This document shows, piece after piece, positions 16,983 to 28,806 of a DNA stretch of 64,000 nucleotides. The notes beneath the pieces were generated by a model. The model did no database searches. It was not told the origin of the DNA and saw nothing but the letters and a program-made list of their open reading frames with translations. This stretch comes from an uncultured bacterium (GTDB lineage Bacteria; Acidobacteriota; Thermoanaerobaculia; Multivoradales; JAHZIX01). The first letter of the stretch is position 1. Every line of letters begins with the position of its first letter. Made by a program: the position numbers and the translations under genes. Location: NCBI GenBank assembly GCA_965368975.1, contig CBDUPA010000011.1:96001-160000 (forward strand). The letters are read 5' to 3'.

Positions 16983-18470
16983 TTAGCGCCAGTGGGCGGC
17001 CTCGTGCGCGGGCGTACGCTCCCGGTCGAGGAAGGCGTGCCATCCGGAGGAGAGTTGAGCGTCGAGTTGCTGTAGCTTGTTGGCGTCGGTGACCGGCGTC
17101 GCAGGCCGGGAGCGGTCGCGGGACCAGCGTAGCAACTCTAGCCGCACGGGATCGCCGTTGCCCGTGAACGGTGGCGTCCGTTGAAAAGCCCGATCCAGCC
17201 GCCGGGTGGTCCGGCGTGCCTCTCTCAGTTGTGCGGAGTTTCTGCGACTTCGCTGCCCGTCCAAGCGTATCCGTATCCGGGCCGCATGGTAGTTGGGTTC
17301 CGGGGAGCTGAAGGGCACGCGGCGAAGCAGCTGAAAGCCATCGGCGTCGACCCAGGAGAAGAGGTTGAAGCCATTGGTCAGATACAACTCGGACAGGGCC
17401 CCGCCGGGTGCTTGTGTGAACAGGCTGGGCGCAACCGACGGAGGTACGCTGCCACCGGCACTCTCCACCAGAGTGGCCCACAGGCGGATCAGCGACACGG
17501 GCTCTTCGGTCGGCACGACCACTTCGTGAGCCACCTGGTCCTGCGGCAGCTGGATCAGCAAGGGCACCTGGATCGAGTCGCGATCAAGGTTGTGGCCATG
17601 GCCGAACTGCGCTCCTGCCAGCTGGGTTTCGCCGTGCTGGGGGTCCTCGTGCTGGGCCGCTCTGCCGAGGGCTTCCCCGTGCAGCGAAGTGACGACAATG
17701 ATGAAGCGATCGAGTTGCCCGCTGTCACCCAGCGCGTCGAGGAAGCGACCGATGCGGTGGTCCGTCCAGCTCACCGCCTGCCGGTAGAAGGCCTTCAACT
17801 CGGCAGCACGCACATCGGACATCGTCGCGGCCGGGTCCCAGTATGGCACCAGTTGGGCCTCGTTCAACTGCTTGGGAAGATCTCGAAGTTGCTCTAGCGT
17901 CGTGCCGGCTGCGAAGGCCGGTCGCTTGACGAAAGGAGGTTGCGGCTGGTCCAGGTGAAGCCAAAGAAACGTGGGGTCATCGCCGACTTCGGCCAGGTGC
18001 TGCAAGAGTCGCTGGTCGCGGTGCAGCCGATTGTAGTCGTCGAAGCCCTGGTGCGCACCGCGCCGCAGCTGCATCCAATAGCCCTCGACCCAGGCTTCGG
18101 TGTGGTAGCCCTCGGCCCCCAGGGCTTCCGCCAGGGTGACCAACCGTGGATCCAGGCGGGTACTGCCGCCAAACAGCACTTGATGCTGCCACGGCGATAG
18201 GCCGGTGAGCAGGGACACCAGAGACGGCACCGTAGCGCTCGAGGCGGCGACCGCAGTGCCCGACCATGCCGGGCTGTTGGCGAGTGCATCGAGCCGCGGG
18301 GTCAGACGCGGGCCGAGGGCGTCCGCGCGCAAGCCCGTCGTCGAGATCAGCAGAATATGCGGTGGCCTTGCAGCTGCCGGTGGCGACGAAGTGCAGCTAC
18401 TCAGGCTGGCAGCCAGGCAGCACAGCCAGCCAGCCAGCCATGCAGCCCGTCGGCGCCTCAGTCCCGGCAA
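16983..18470 (-). CDS. Sulfatase/alkaline-phosphatase-superfamily lipoprotein with degenerate active site
   Basis: Lipobox-like LSSC; HILLISTTGLRADALG, TPRLDALA, ATVPSLVSLLTG, FLWLHL, SLHGE, VPLLI. Confidence 0.75.
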   Translation of the reverse strand: MPGLRRRRAAWLAGWLCCLAASLSSCTSSPPAAARPPHILLISTTGLRADALGPRLTPRLDALANSPAWSGTAVAASSATVPSLVSLLTGLSPWQHQVLFGGSTRLDPRLVTLAEALGAEGYHTEAWVEGYWMQLRRGAHQGFDDYNRLHRDQRLLQHLAEVGDDPTFLWLHLDQPQPPFVKRPAFAAGTTLEQLRDLPKQLNEAQLVPYWDPAATMSDVRAAELKAFYRQAVSWTDHRIGRFLDALGDSGQLDRFIIVVTSLHGEALGRAAQHEDPQHGETQLAGAQFGHGHNLDRDSIQVPLLIQLPQDQVAHEVVVPTEEPVSLIRLWATLVESAGGSVPPSVAPSLFTQAPGGALSELYLTNGFNLFSWVDADGFQLLRRVPFSSPEPNYHAARIRIRLDGQRSRRNSAQLREARRTTRRLDRAFQRTPPFTGNGDPVRLELLRWSRDRSRPATPVTDANKLQQLDAQLSSGWHAFLDRERTPAHEAAHWR

Positions 18471-18490
18471 GGCATTCCTCGGCGAGGCGT

Positions 18491-20389
18491 TCAGATGCCC
18501 AGTACGGCAGCGTCACCGCCAGCGAGCATCCGGACCAGTTCCTCGTGGAAGAAGTCGGTGCTGTCGCGGATCTGCTCATCGACGCGCTCTACGTACATCT
18601 GCCGCGACCGGTCGATGTCTTCCTTCAGGGCGGCGTAGATATTGCCCTGGCTCCGCCCGGCTTCTACCTGCTCCTCGTTGTAGAGCTTGATCTCGCTCAC
18701 CAGGAGTCGAGCCAGACGGCGTGCGCGCTCTTTCTTCGCTTCCAACTCGCTGTCCTCCACGGAGCCAGCGGCAAAGGCGCGGCCCGGACCGTCGATGTCC
18801 TCCGGAGGTGCGACCAGGGCCCGAGCTCCGTCTCCACTCGCGGAACTCTCGGCCGCTGCAGGGACTGGCTTTTCAGGTGCGAGTTCTGGAGGGGCAGGAA
18901 CTTCGGCGGCGGCATCTACTCCGGCGGCTTCAACTGCGGCGGCTTCTGCGGCAGCGGTGGAGCCGGGGTGGGTCTCGTCGCCTTCATCGGTACTGGGAGG
19001 TGCCGGAGGCTGGGTGACGGTGCTGGTCTCCAGAGCGGCTGGCTCCGTAGCGGCTGGTTCCGTGATGGCGGGTTCTGCCACCGCGGGCTCTTCGGTTCCT
19101 CCGCCTGCAAGCTTGTCACGCTCTGCTTTCAGCTGCTCCTGCAGCTGAGCCTGATCCCAGCGCATCGTTGCCAGCGAGTCGTCCGGAGGCGGTGCAACGC
19201 TGCTCTCCTGCTGCGGCGGCGCGGGCGCGGTTGGAGCCGCGTCGGCCGAGGGCTCCAGCACTACCGGAGAGCTACCCTCGCCGCCTTCCGTCGGAACGAC
19301 TGCCTGTGCCGCAACTTCTGGTACCTCCGCGGTCGGTAGCGACGAGGCTTCCAGTTCGGTCGTCGGCTGGTCTTCCGGGCTCAGCAGTCCAGTCGGTTCC
19401 TCGGAGACGACATCAGCCGGTGTCGCAGCGGGTGGTTCCTCGACGATCGCTTCCGCCGTCACGACCTCCGCGGCGGCCGGCTTCTTGGCGCCGGCATCGT
19501 CGCGCTCGGAGACGGCCACGGTCGGCGCCTGCAGCGTGCAAGTCTGCTCGCGCTTGCGTAGCGGCAGTGATTCGATCGCCAGTGCCGAGATGTGCACCAG
19601 CAGTTGCAGCGCGGCGACGTCGAGAACTCCACCTTCGGCACGGTCGGCGTACACGACGCCGGCGACCTTGTCGCGCAGCACAAGCGGAATCAAGACACCG
19701 GCGACACCGGCGTCGACGTCCAGCAGAGTGGCGAAGCGGCCGCAACCCTCTCCGGTCAGACCAACGCAGGCGTCCCCTCTCAGGATTTCGCCGAGCGCCG
19801 GGTCACTGCCGGCAGCGATCGAGTGGTTGCGCAGCTTGGCGCCGTCGTCACTGAAGCCGCGGCTGTTCCAGCCCATGAAGCCATCGCCGCGCGCCAGGAA
19901 AACGGCAGCGCGACCCGAGAAATGGGCGCTCTCGTGGATCAGGGCGTCGAGGATCTGCTGCTGCCGCTTCTTGGCTTCCGTGGGCGCCCTGTCGATGGCG
20001 GCTACGGCGGCCAACAGTCGTGCCGAGGCTCGACCCTCGTCTGCATCACCACTGGCGCTACCGGCCCGGGCACTGTCTGCAAGCGCAGCCAGCTCTTCGC
20101 TGCCCTCTAGGTTCTCGGGAACCGTGGCCGAGGTCTGTGCCAGGTGTTCACGCAGTGCGTCGATGCCCTGCCGCAGGTGCTTGCCGACGTTCTGGCGCAG
20201 ATCTTCCACACTGTGCCGCAGGTGCTCGTCGACGGCTTGGTGGATCTCGTCCGTGCTGTGTTCCAGCTGATCGTTGAGCCGGCTCTGGAGGTCGCCGACA
20301 AGGCGACGCACCAGCCCGGCGATGCGCTGGTCCAGATCGTGAGATTGCTGCTCTTCGAGTTCCATCCTACCGCCTTGGTCCAGTGACAT
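18491..20389 (-). CDS. GAF-like domain protein with long Ala/Glu/Pro linker and conserved-looking C-terminal helical domain
   Basis: GAF-like 'LIPLVLRDKVAGVVYAD'; low-complexity linker; C-terminal ARRLARLLVSEIKLYN... Confidence 0.65.
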   Translation of the reverse strand: MSLDQGGRMELEEQQSHDLDQRIAGLVRRLVGDLQSRLNDQLEHSTDEIHQAVDEHLRHSVEDLRQNVGKHLRQGIDALREHLAQTSATVPENLEGSEELAALADSARAGSASGDADEGRASARLLAAVAAIDRAPTEAKKRQQQILDALIHESAHFSGRAAVFLARGDGFMGWNSRGFSDDGAKLRNHSIAAGSDPALGEILRGDACVGLTGEGCGRFATLLDVDAGVAGVLIPLVLRDKVAGVVYADRAEGGVLDVAALQLLVHISALAIESLPLRKREQTCTLQAPTVAVSERDDAGAKKPAAAEVVTAEAIVEEPPAATPADVVSEEPTGLLSPEDQPTTELEASSLPTAEVPEVAAQAVVPTEGGEGSSPVVLEPSADAAPTAPAPPQQESSVAPPPDDSLATMRWDQAQLQEQLKAERDKLAGGGTEEPAVAEPAITEPAATEPAALETSTVTQPPAPPSTDEGDETHPGSTAAAEAAAVEAAGVDAAAEVPAPPELAPEKPVPAAAESSASGDGARALVAPPEDIDGPGRAFAAGSVEDSELEAKKERARRLARLLVSEIKLYNEEQVEAGRSQGNIYAALKEDIDRSRQMYVERVDEQIRDSTDFFHEELVRMLAGGDAAVLGI

Positions 20390-20611
20390 TCAGTCTCCCT
20401 CGCAAAGAATGCGCGAAGACAAAGGATTATTTTGGAGCGGACGCCTCATGTCAAGGAGCCTACCACCCGGCCGACCTTGCCAAGTCTATGTGATTTCGTC
20501 TCTTGCGCACCACTCGTGCGGTGTCCCGGCGAAGGGTCGGCCACGCCTTGTCGCGTTCCCTGCGCCTATGGTACCTTGACAGCCTTGATTAGCGACAGGA
20601 GGCGAATCGAT

Positions 20612-21415
20612 ATGTACCGCGTTTTGAGCCGAATGAACGTCCTAGCCCCGGCCTCTCTCTGCCTGGTCCTGGCTTCTGTGTTGGCCTGCGGCCCCAGCGG
20701 GCCGACCGAGGAAGAGATTGCCGCCGCCCGCGACGCGGACGTGGTGGAAGCAGAACAGGCCAAGAAGGCCCTGGAGGACCTGCGTGCAGAGCAGGCCGAG
20801 CTGCGCACCAAGCTGGAAGGCGAAGTCGAAGAAGGTGCCGAAGAGGTCGAAGAGCTGACCGACGAGGCCCGCCAGGGATTGCAAGCGCAGATTGACGCTC
20901 TGGATCTCAAGATCGATGAAGCGGCCGAGCAGCTAGGGGCGCTGATCGCGGAGAAGGTCAACGCCAATCCGCCGATTCAGGGTGAGCCACTCGACCCGTA
21001 CCAGCAGCGTCTGATCGACATCAAGGTCGACGAGGATCTGATGACGGCGCAGGAGTGGATCGACAAGGGCGGTGACTACGCCAAGGCGATCAACATCTAC
21101 CAGTCCCTGCTGCCTCTCGATCCTGACAACGAGCGGGTCAATGCCGCGCTCGAGGCTGCCGAGGCGGACCGCTTCATGACGGAAGAGCGGTTCTCGCAGC
21201 TGAAGAAGGGGATGTCGGAAGACGAGGTCCGGGAAATCCTTGGACCGGTCAACCTGCGCAACATCCGTCCGTATACGGATCGCGGCGTCACCCTGTGGCT
21301 GTACCTACGCGAGGATGGGAATGCTGCCGGCGTCTACTTCCGCGAGAGGCGCGGCAAGCAGGCTGTCTATAGTTTCGACTTCGACGCCGTTGTGAAGGAC
21401 GAAGAGTCCGAGTAA
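20612..21415 (+). CDS. Lipoprotein with coiled coil, TPR-like segment and SmpA/OmlA(BamE)-like C-terminal motif
   Basis: AGGAGG RBS before ATG 20612; lipobox VLAC; FSQLKKGMSEDEVREILGP. Confidence 0.7.
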   Translation: MYRVLSRMNVLAPASLCLVLASVLACGPSGPTEEEIAAARDADVVEAEQAKKALEDLRAEQAELRTKLEGEVEEGAEEVEELTDEARQGLQAQIDALDLKIDEAAEQLGALIAEKVNANPPIQGEPLDPYQQRLIDIKVDEDLMTAQEWIDKGGDYAKAINIYQSLLPLDPDNERVNAALEAAEADRFMTEERFSQLKKGMSEDEVREILGPVNLRNIRPYTDRGVTLWLYLREDGNAAGVYFRERRGKQAVYSFDFDAVVKDEESE

Positions 21416-21441
21416 CGGCTACGGCGGTGGGGCCGGCGTCC

Positions 21442-21469
21442 TTGACTCCGAGTCGGTGCCGGCTATAAT
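21442..21469 (+). promoter_or_regulatory. Sigma70 promoter of the rpsU operon
   Basis: TTGACT (21442-21447), 16-bp spacer, TATAAT (21464-21469). Confidence 0.75.
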
Positions 21470-21586
21470 CGTCAGTCCTGCTCTCCACGTCTCCATGCGG
21501 AGGTCGTGAAGAGCGGCAAAGATCGAGCAGATTCAGCGAGAGCAGAGGCTGCGACGAAATCCAGCACAAAGAGAGGTGAATAGCCA

Positions 21587-21796
21587 GTGCCCGTAGTGCA
21601 AGTGCGCGATGAGGAAAGCTTCGAGAACGCTCTGCGCCGCTTCAAGCGCAAGGTCGAGAAGGCCGGTGTGCTGACCGAGCTTCGCAAGCGTCAACACTTC
21701 GAGAAGCCGTCCGTGAAGCGCAAGCGTAAGACCATGCAGGCGCGCAAGAAGATGTTGCGCAAACTCATGGAAGAACGAAGGGCGGGTCTAGCCTGA
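21587..21796 (+). CDS. rpsU: 30S ribosomal protein S21
   Basis: [39 protein letters not shown]; GAGGTG RBS. Confidence 0.98.
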   Translation: MPVVQVRDEESFENALRRFKRKVEKAGVLTELRKRQHFEKPSVKRKRKTMQARKKMLRKLMEERRAGLA

Positions 21797-21899
21797 GCTA
21801 TGTAGGCCCCTGAGGCCTACACGTACGAGCCGGGCGGAACCCGTCTTCAATGACGGTTCGCACCGGTACCGGTCGACGCAAGCGCGTCGCCGGGTCTGG

Positions 21900-21933
21900 G
21901 GGAGCCGGAAATTTCGGCTCCCTTTTCCTTTTT
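21900..21933 (+). terminator. Intrinsic terminator between rpsU and mutS2
   Basis: Stem GGGAGCCG/CGGCTCCC with 7-nt loop, followed by TTTTCCTTTTT. Confidence 0.8.
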
Positions 21934-21952
21934 CGCCCACAAGGTACCGCCC

Positions 21953-24433
21953 ATGCGCCCCGCCTCACCCAGCCCGATCTCCCCGAGCACCGAGACCGCG
22001 ACTCCGTCCTCGCCGGCCACACTCTCACCGGCAACACTGAACTCACTCGAGTTGCCCTCGTTGCTGGCGGTGCTGTCCACTTATGCTGCCACGGACCTCG
22101 GCCGCGAGCGCACCACGGGCCTGCTGCCAGCGGTCGACGAAGACGACCTGCACCGTCGGCGGCAGCGCTATGCCGAGGTGCAGCGCTTGCAGGCTGTGGA
22201 CGGCCGCCTGGTACCCTCCTCCGAGGACGTCTACCGCGACATCCTGGATGGTCTCGATGCTGGCCGTGGTCAGATCCTGGGTCTTCATCTCGTGCGTCTG
22301 GGCAACCTGCTGCAGACTACTCAGCGCGCCTGTCAGCGTATCCTGGACGCCGACCCCGCGTGCGAGGCGCTGGCGCAGTGGGCGCAGCCGTTGCCCGACC
22401 TCAGCGACCTGAGCCGGCGTCTGAACCGATCGCTGGATCGTCGTGGTGAGGTGCGTGACGATGCCAGTCCAGAGTTGGTGCGGCTGCGCGGCCAGATCCG
22501 CAAGGTGCGCGACGGTCTCTACCAGCAGCTGACGAGCTACGTCAGCGAGCACCGGGACCTGCTGAGCGAAGACACCATCCCGATGCGCGGCGGTCGCCTG
22601 GTGCTGACCCTGCAAGCCGGTTCCCGCGGTCGTCAGCCCGGGTTGACGCACGGTCGCTCTGGTACCGGCAAGAGCTTCTACTTCGAGCCGCTCTCCGTGG
22701 TCGAGCCCAACAATCAGCTGCAGCAAGCGGTGGAGGACGAAGCGGCCGAGCGCCAGCGCATCCTGGCGCAGTTGCTGCAGGACGTGCGGGCGGTCTTGCC
22801 GGACCTGCATCAGCATGCCGATTTCCTCGCTGAGCTCGATTTGCAGCAAGCCGCCGGCCGCTTCGCCGAGTTGTGCGATGGTCGCCAGGCAGATCTGGCC
22901 GGTCGCCACGAACTGTGCTTGCGCTCGGCGCGCCACCCCTTGCTCGATCCGGTCTTTGCCGCGGCGCGCGAGCAGGTTCTGGGAACCAGTGGACACACCG
23001 GTGCCGTGGTGCCGCTCGACTTCGAGATGACGCCGCGCTGTACGTCCCTGGTGGTCACCGGTCCCAATGCCGGCGGCAAGACGGTCGCGCTCAAGACCGT
23101 CGGTCTGCTGGCCGCCGCGACCTTGTGTGGTCTGCCGATTCCGGCCGCGACCGGCACTCGTGTTCCCTTTCTGCGCGCGCTGGTCGCGACCGTCGGTGAT
23201 GATCAAGACTTGCTGGCGGACCGCTCCACCTTCAGCGGACGCTTGCTGCGCCTGAAGGAGGCCTGGTCCGCGGCCGGCCCTGATGCCCTCCTGCTGCTCG
23301 ACGAACTGGGCTCCGGCACCGATCCTGCGGAAGGTGCGGCGCTCGGAACGTCGCTGCTCGAGGGTCTGCTCGAGCGCCAGGCGCTGACCCTCATCACCAC
23401 CCACCTGACACCGGTTGCCGCGGCAGCGATGGAACTCGACGGCGCCGGCTGTGCTGCCATGGAGATGAGTGCCGAGGGCGACCCGACCTTCCATCTCGTG
23501 CCTGGTCCCCCTGGCGGCAGCGAGGCGATCTCGCTGGCACGTCGCTTGGGATTGCCCACCGCCTGGCTCGATCGCGCGGAGGCCCGGCTGGGTGAAGAGC
23601 ACCGTGACCTGAGACGTTTGCTGGCCGAGCTCGAGGACCTGCGTCACCAGGTTGCCGAAGAGCGCGACCAACTACGCCAGGAACGCGAGGATGCAGACAA
23701 GTTACGTCGGCGCCTCGCCGAGCAAGAGTCCGAGTTGCGACGCGAGCGCAAGCGGGTCGGTCAACGTTTGCAGAGCGAGCTGGAAGATTTTCGTCAGCAC
23801 GTGCGCCAGCGCCTGGGCGACGAGGTCGAACAGCTGCGCGGCGAGCTGGAAGCCGGCCGCCGACGCGGGCTCGAGGCCAAAGCCGTCGAGCGACTGTTCG
23901 AGGAAGCACCCCAGCTGCACGAGCCGGAGCCGGAACCCGAAGGGCCGCTGGTTGTCGGTAGCCAAGTCCGGCATCGCCGCCTCGGCTGGCGCGGTCGCCT
24001 GGAGAGCGTGGATGGGGATCGCGCCGAAGTTGGCGTCCTGGGCAAGCGGCTCCGCTGCTCGGCTGGAGACCTGGTCCCGGTTGCTGCCAACGTGGAGAGC
24101 GCCAAAACGAAGGTCAGCGGTCGACCGAGCCAGAAGGTGAAGAAATCCAACTCTCGCCCCGGCCGCGACCTCGAGGCGATGGCCTCCGGGCCACCCGAAC
24201 TCAACCTGATCGGACAGCGTGTCGAGTCGGCACTGGAGCAACTGGATCGCTATCTCGACCAAGCCCTGCTCGGTGCCGCCGAGGAAATTCGCATCGTCCA
24301 TGGCCACGGCTCCGGCCGTCTACGCCGGGCGGTGCGCGAACACCTGCGCGGTCATCCAGCGGTTGCCACGTCGCGGCCGGGCAAGGGCAACGAAGGCGGC
24401 GATGGAGCCACCGTCGTGTCTCTGCGTGGCTGA
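21953..24433 (+). CDS. mutS2: MutS2 (Smr-domain ATPase; RqcU-like)
   Basis: ARHPLL, Walker A GPNAGGKT, STFSG, LLDELGSGTDP, coiled coil, KOW-like region, Smr domain HGHGSGRLR...GGDGATVV. Confidence 0.93.
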   Translation: MRPASPSPISPSTETATPSSPATLSPATLNSLELPSLLAVLSTYAATDLGRERTTGLLPAVDEDDLHRRRQRYAEVQRLQAVDGRLVPSSEDVYRDILDGLDAGRGQILGLHLVRLGNLLQTTQRACQRILDADPACEALAQWAQPLPDLSDLSRRLNRSLDRRGEVRDDASPELVRLRGQIRKVRDGLYQQLTSYVSEHRDLLSEDTIPMRGGRLVLTLQAGSRGRQPGLTHGRSGTGKSFYFEPLSVVEPNNQLQQAVEDEAAERQRILAQLLQDVRAVLPDLHQHADFLAELDLQQAAGRFAELCDGRQADLAGRHELCLRSARHPLLDPVFAAAREQVLGTSGHTGAVVPLDFEMTPRCTSLVVTGPNAGGKTVALKTVGLLAAATLCGLPIPAATGTRVPFLRALVATVGDDQDLLADRSTFSGRLLRLKEAWSAAGPDALLLLDELGSGTDPAEGAALGTSLLEGLLERQALTLITTHLTPVAAAAMELDGAGCAAMEMSAEGDPTFHLVPGPPGGSEAISLARRLGLPTAWLDRAEARLGEEHRDLRRLLAELEDLRHQVAEERDQLRQEREDADKLRRRLAEQESELRRERKRVGQRLQSELEDFRQHVRQRLGDEVEQLRGELEAGRRRGLEAKAVERLFEEAPQLHEPEPEPEGPLVVGSQVRHRRLGWRGRLESVDGDRAEVGVLGKRLRCSAGDLVPVAANVESAKTKVSGRPSQKVKKSNSRPGRDLEAMASGPPELNLIGQRVESALEQLDRYLDQALLGAAEEIRIVHGHGSGRLRRAVREHLRGHPAVATSRPGKGNEGGDGATVVSLRG

Positions 24434-24445
24434 GGGGACGAGATC

Positions 24446-26233
24446 GTGTCGCTGAGCAACGTCCACTTGACGCCGCAGCTGATCCAGGCGGTGCGCGACG
24501 TGGTCAGCATCGTGGACATTGCCGGTGACCACACCAAGCTCCGCAAAGCAGGGCGGCAGTATGAGGGCCTGTGCCCAATGCACAAGGAAAAGACGCCGTC
24601 CTTCAGCATCGATCCGGACAAGGGCGTCTACTACTGCTTCGGCTGCGGCAGCGGTGGGGACGCCATCGGCTTGCACATGCAAGTCACCGGCGACGACTTC
24701 CCGACCGCCATCGAGACGCTGGCTCGTCGCTACGGCATCCCACTGCCCAAGGCTCCGGCGCGGCGCCCGGGTGGTGCTCCTGAGGCTCCGGACCTGACCA
24801 CCGCGCTGGAGGCGGCCTGCGACTTCTACCGCGAGCAGTTGCAGCGTCAAGAGCTGCCACGTCGCTACCTGGCCGAGCGTCGCGTGCCAGCGGAACTGGT
24901 CGAGCAGTTCGCCCTCGGCTACGCACCGGACGGTTGGCGCAACCTGCTCCAAGCGCTGACGCCGCAGATCCCGGCCAAGCAGCTTCTGGCGGCTGGACTG
25001 GTGGCGACCTCCGAGCGCAGCCGCGATCCCTACGATCGCTTCCGCCACCGTCTGATCTTCCCCATCCGTGCCGCCTCGGGCCGCCTGGTCGGCTTCGGGG
25101 GGCGCACCCTGGGCGACGACAAGGCCAAGTACATCAACACCGCCGAAACCGACCAGTTCCACAAGAGTCGACTGCTCTACGGGCTTCACGAAGCGCGCAA
25201 GGAGCTGCGCGAGAGCCAGTGCGCGGTGCTGGTCGAGGGCTATTTTGACGTCATCAGCTGCGCTGCCGTCGGGCTGCCTGCCGTCGCCAGCATGGGCACG
25301 TCCCTGACAGAAGAGCAGACCCGCCTGCTCAGCCGCTACGTCGACGTCGTCGTGGTCGGCTATGATGGCGATCGCGCCGGCGAGACCGCACACCAGCGTG
25401 CACTGCCCCTGCTGTTGGGCGCGGGCTTCGAAGTTCGGCGCGCCCAGTTCGGGGATGGACACGATCCCGACTCGCTACGCCTGGAGGCCGGCGAGGCGGC
25501 GGTGGTCGATGCGATCGAGCAGGCGCGCGATTCCGTTGACTTGGAGGTGCGGCGTCTGGCGTCGGGGCAGGTGCGGCACGACCCGAACCAGCAAGCGCGC
25601 GCCGCCAACGAAGTCGTCGACCTGCTGCGCTCCATCCCCGATTCCATCAAGCGCAGCGGCTACGGCCGGCGTGCCGCTCATGAGCTGGACATTCCGGAAG
25701 CGCTTCTGACGCGCCGGCTGGGGACGACCGGCGGCCGAGACGAAGGTCCGCCTCCGCCATCTGCAAGATCTTCCGCCGGACCGCCGCGTCGCGAAACGCG
25801 TAGCCTGGAAGCGCAGATTCTCAGTCGACTGTTGAATGGTGATGCCGTCCCGGACCTGGAACGGTTGCCGCCGGCCGAAGCTTTCTTCGAACTCGCGAGC
25901 CGTGACCTCTACCGCGCCTTTCTGCAGTCCTACGCCACCACTGGCAAGCCGCCGACAGCACAGCAGCTACCCGCGCAGCTGCCGCCGGGTGGTACCGAGA
26001 TGCAGCATCTCTCGCGTATCCTGGTAGAGGGTCGAGAAACCGATGCATCCGGCGGGCTGACGCGCACGCTCGGAGAGCTACTGGAGACTCTACGTTCCCG
26101 TTGGGGGCGTCAGAGGCAGCGCGAGCTGGCGCGCGAAATTGAAAATGCCGACCAACGTGGTGACCGCGAAGCCCTGCAGCGGTTGATCGATGAAAAGCGT
26201 CAATTAACGCGAAAGCTACATTCACACGGGTGA
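24446..26233 (+). CDS. dnaG: DNA primase
   Basis: Zn ribbon CPMH...CFGC; GFGGR; KYINT; TOPRIM EGYFD, YDGDRAG, HDPD. Confidence 0.97.
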   Translation: MSLSNVHLTPQLIQAVRDVVSIVDIAGDHTKLRKAGRQYEGLCPMHKEKTPSFSIDPDKGVYYCFGCGSGGDAIGLHMQVTGDDFPTAIETLARRYGIPLPKAPARRPGGAPEAPDLTTALEAACDFYREQLQRQELPRRYLAERRVPAELVEQFALGYAPDGWRNLLQALTPQIPAKQLLAAGLVATSERSRDPYDRFRHRLIFPIRAASGRLVGFGGRTLGDDKAKYINTAETDQFHKSRLLYGLHEARKELRESQCAVLVEGYFDVISCAAVGLPAVASMGTSLTEEQTRLLSRYVDVVVVGYDGDRAGETAHQRALPLLLGAGFEVRRAQFGDGHDPDSLRLEAGEAAVVDAIEQARDSVDLEVRRLASGQVRHDPNQQARAANEVVDLLRSIPDSIKRSGYGRRAAHELDIPEALLTRRLGTTGGRDEGPPPPSARSSAGPPRRETRSLEAQILSRLLNGDAVPDLERLPPAEAFFELASRDLYRAFLQSYATTGKPPTAQQLPAQLPPGGTEMQHLSRILVEGRETDASGGLTRTLGELLETLRSRWGRQRQRELAREIENADQRGDREALQRLIDEKRQLTRKLHSHG

Positions 26234-26821
26234 TTCCACTGGCGGCAAGAGCTAGACGCTCGCGGATGGGACCAATTGCCGCCTCCCACGCATTTTTACC
26301 AGACAGGGAGGAGAAACCCTATCCACTATTCTGGCGATATCTGCAGCTTCGTTCTTGATCCAGAGGGCAGATCTATGTTAAGAAAGTCTTCTGGTTCGGG
26401 CGCAGTGTCTCCAATCCCCAAACAGGAACCTCGACGACATTGCGTACAGGACCAAATCTCATTCCATCGCGAGGCCCTGTCTTGATCCCAACAGAGGGCT
26501 TTGCCCCGAGTGAATACAGCGCGAGTTGACGGCCGAAACTGGAAACGCTGAATCGACGAAAGCCAGAGCTGAAAAACCAGCGAGTGCCGAGGCTACGGCC
26601 TGCCTCGGATTCGCAATGAACAGGCAGCTCCGAGCGCCAAGCTCCGTTCGACTGCGATCTGGGATTCTCAACGAACACGGCATCGAATGCCGAAACCGAT
26701 CAACCTTCCTTCGTGGAGGTTGCGGACCCCACACCCGAGAATCCTCGACACCGCTTCCCCTGAACGAGAGCCGCACCGGATACGGAGCGGAAGCCACTAG
26801 GCGAAACGTGGGGGAACCAAC

Positions 26822-28534
<1,713 letters not shown>

Positions 28535-28583
28535 GCCTATCGAAGCGTCTGCCCTAGAGCCGAGCCACAAAGGCACTTCGGCG

Positions 28584-28612
28584 TTGACAACCAGGGCGGG
28601 GATACGTACAAT
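28584..28612 (+). promoter_or_regulatory. Sigma70 promoter of tRNA-Asn
   Basis: TTGACA (28584-28589), 17 bp, TACAAT (28607-28612), GC-rich discriminator. Confidence 0.85.
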
Positions 28613-28631
28613 CTCCGCCCTGGATCTGTGA

Positions 28632-28706
28632 TCCCCGGTAGCTCAATGGTAGAGCATTCGGCTGTTAACCGACAGGTTGGGGGTTCAAGTCCCTCCCGGG
28701 GAGCCA
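28632..28706 (+). tRNA. tRNA-Asn(GTT)
   Basis: TCCCCGG/CCGGGGA acceptor stem + GCCA; anticodon arm TCGGCT-GTT-AACCGA; GTTCAAGTC T-loop. Confidence 0.96.
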
Positions 28707-28806
28707 TCTTCCGCAACGATCCGCCCGAGCCGGTACCCTAGTACGACACGGCACACGGCGATGACATACTCGAACACCGAGGTTCACCCTTGGGGTTCAG
28801 GCAAAC

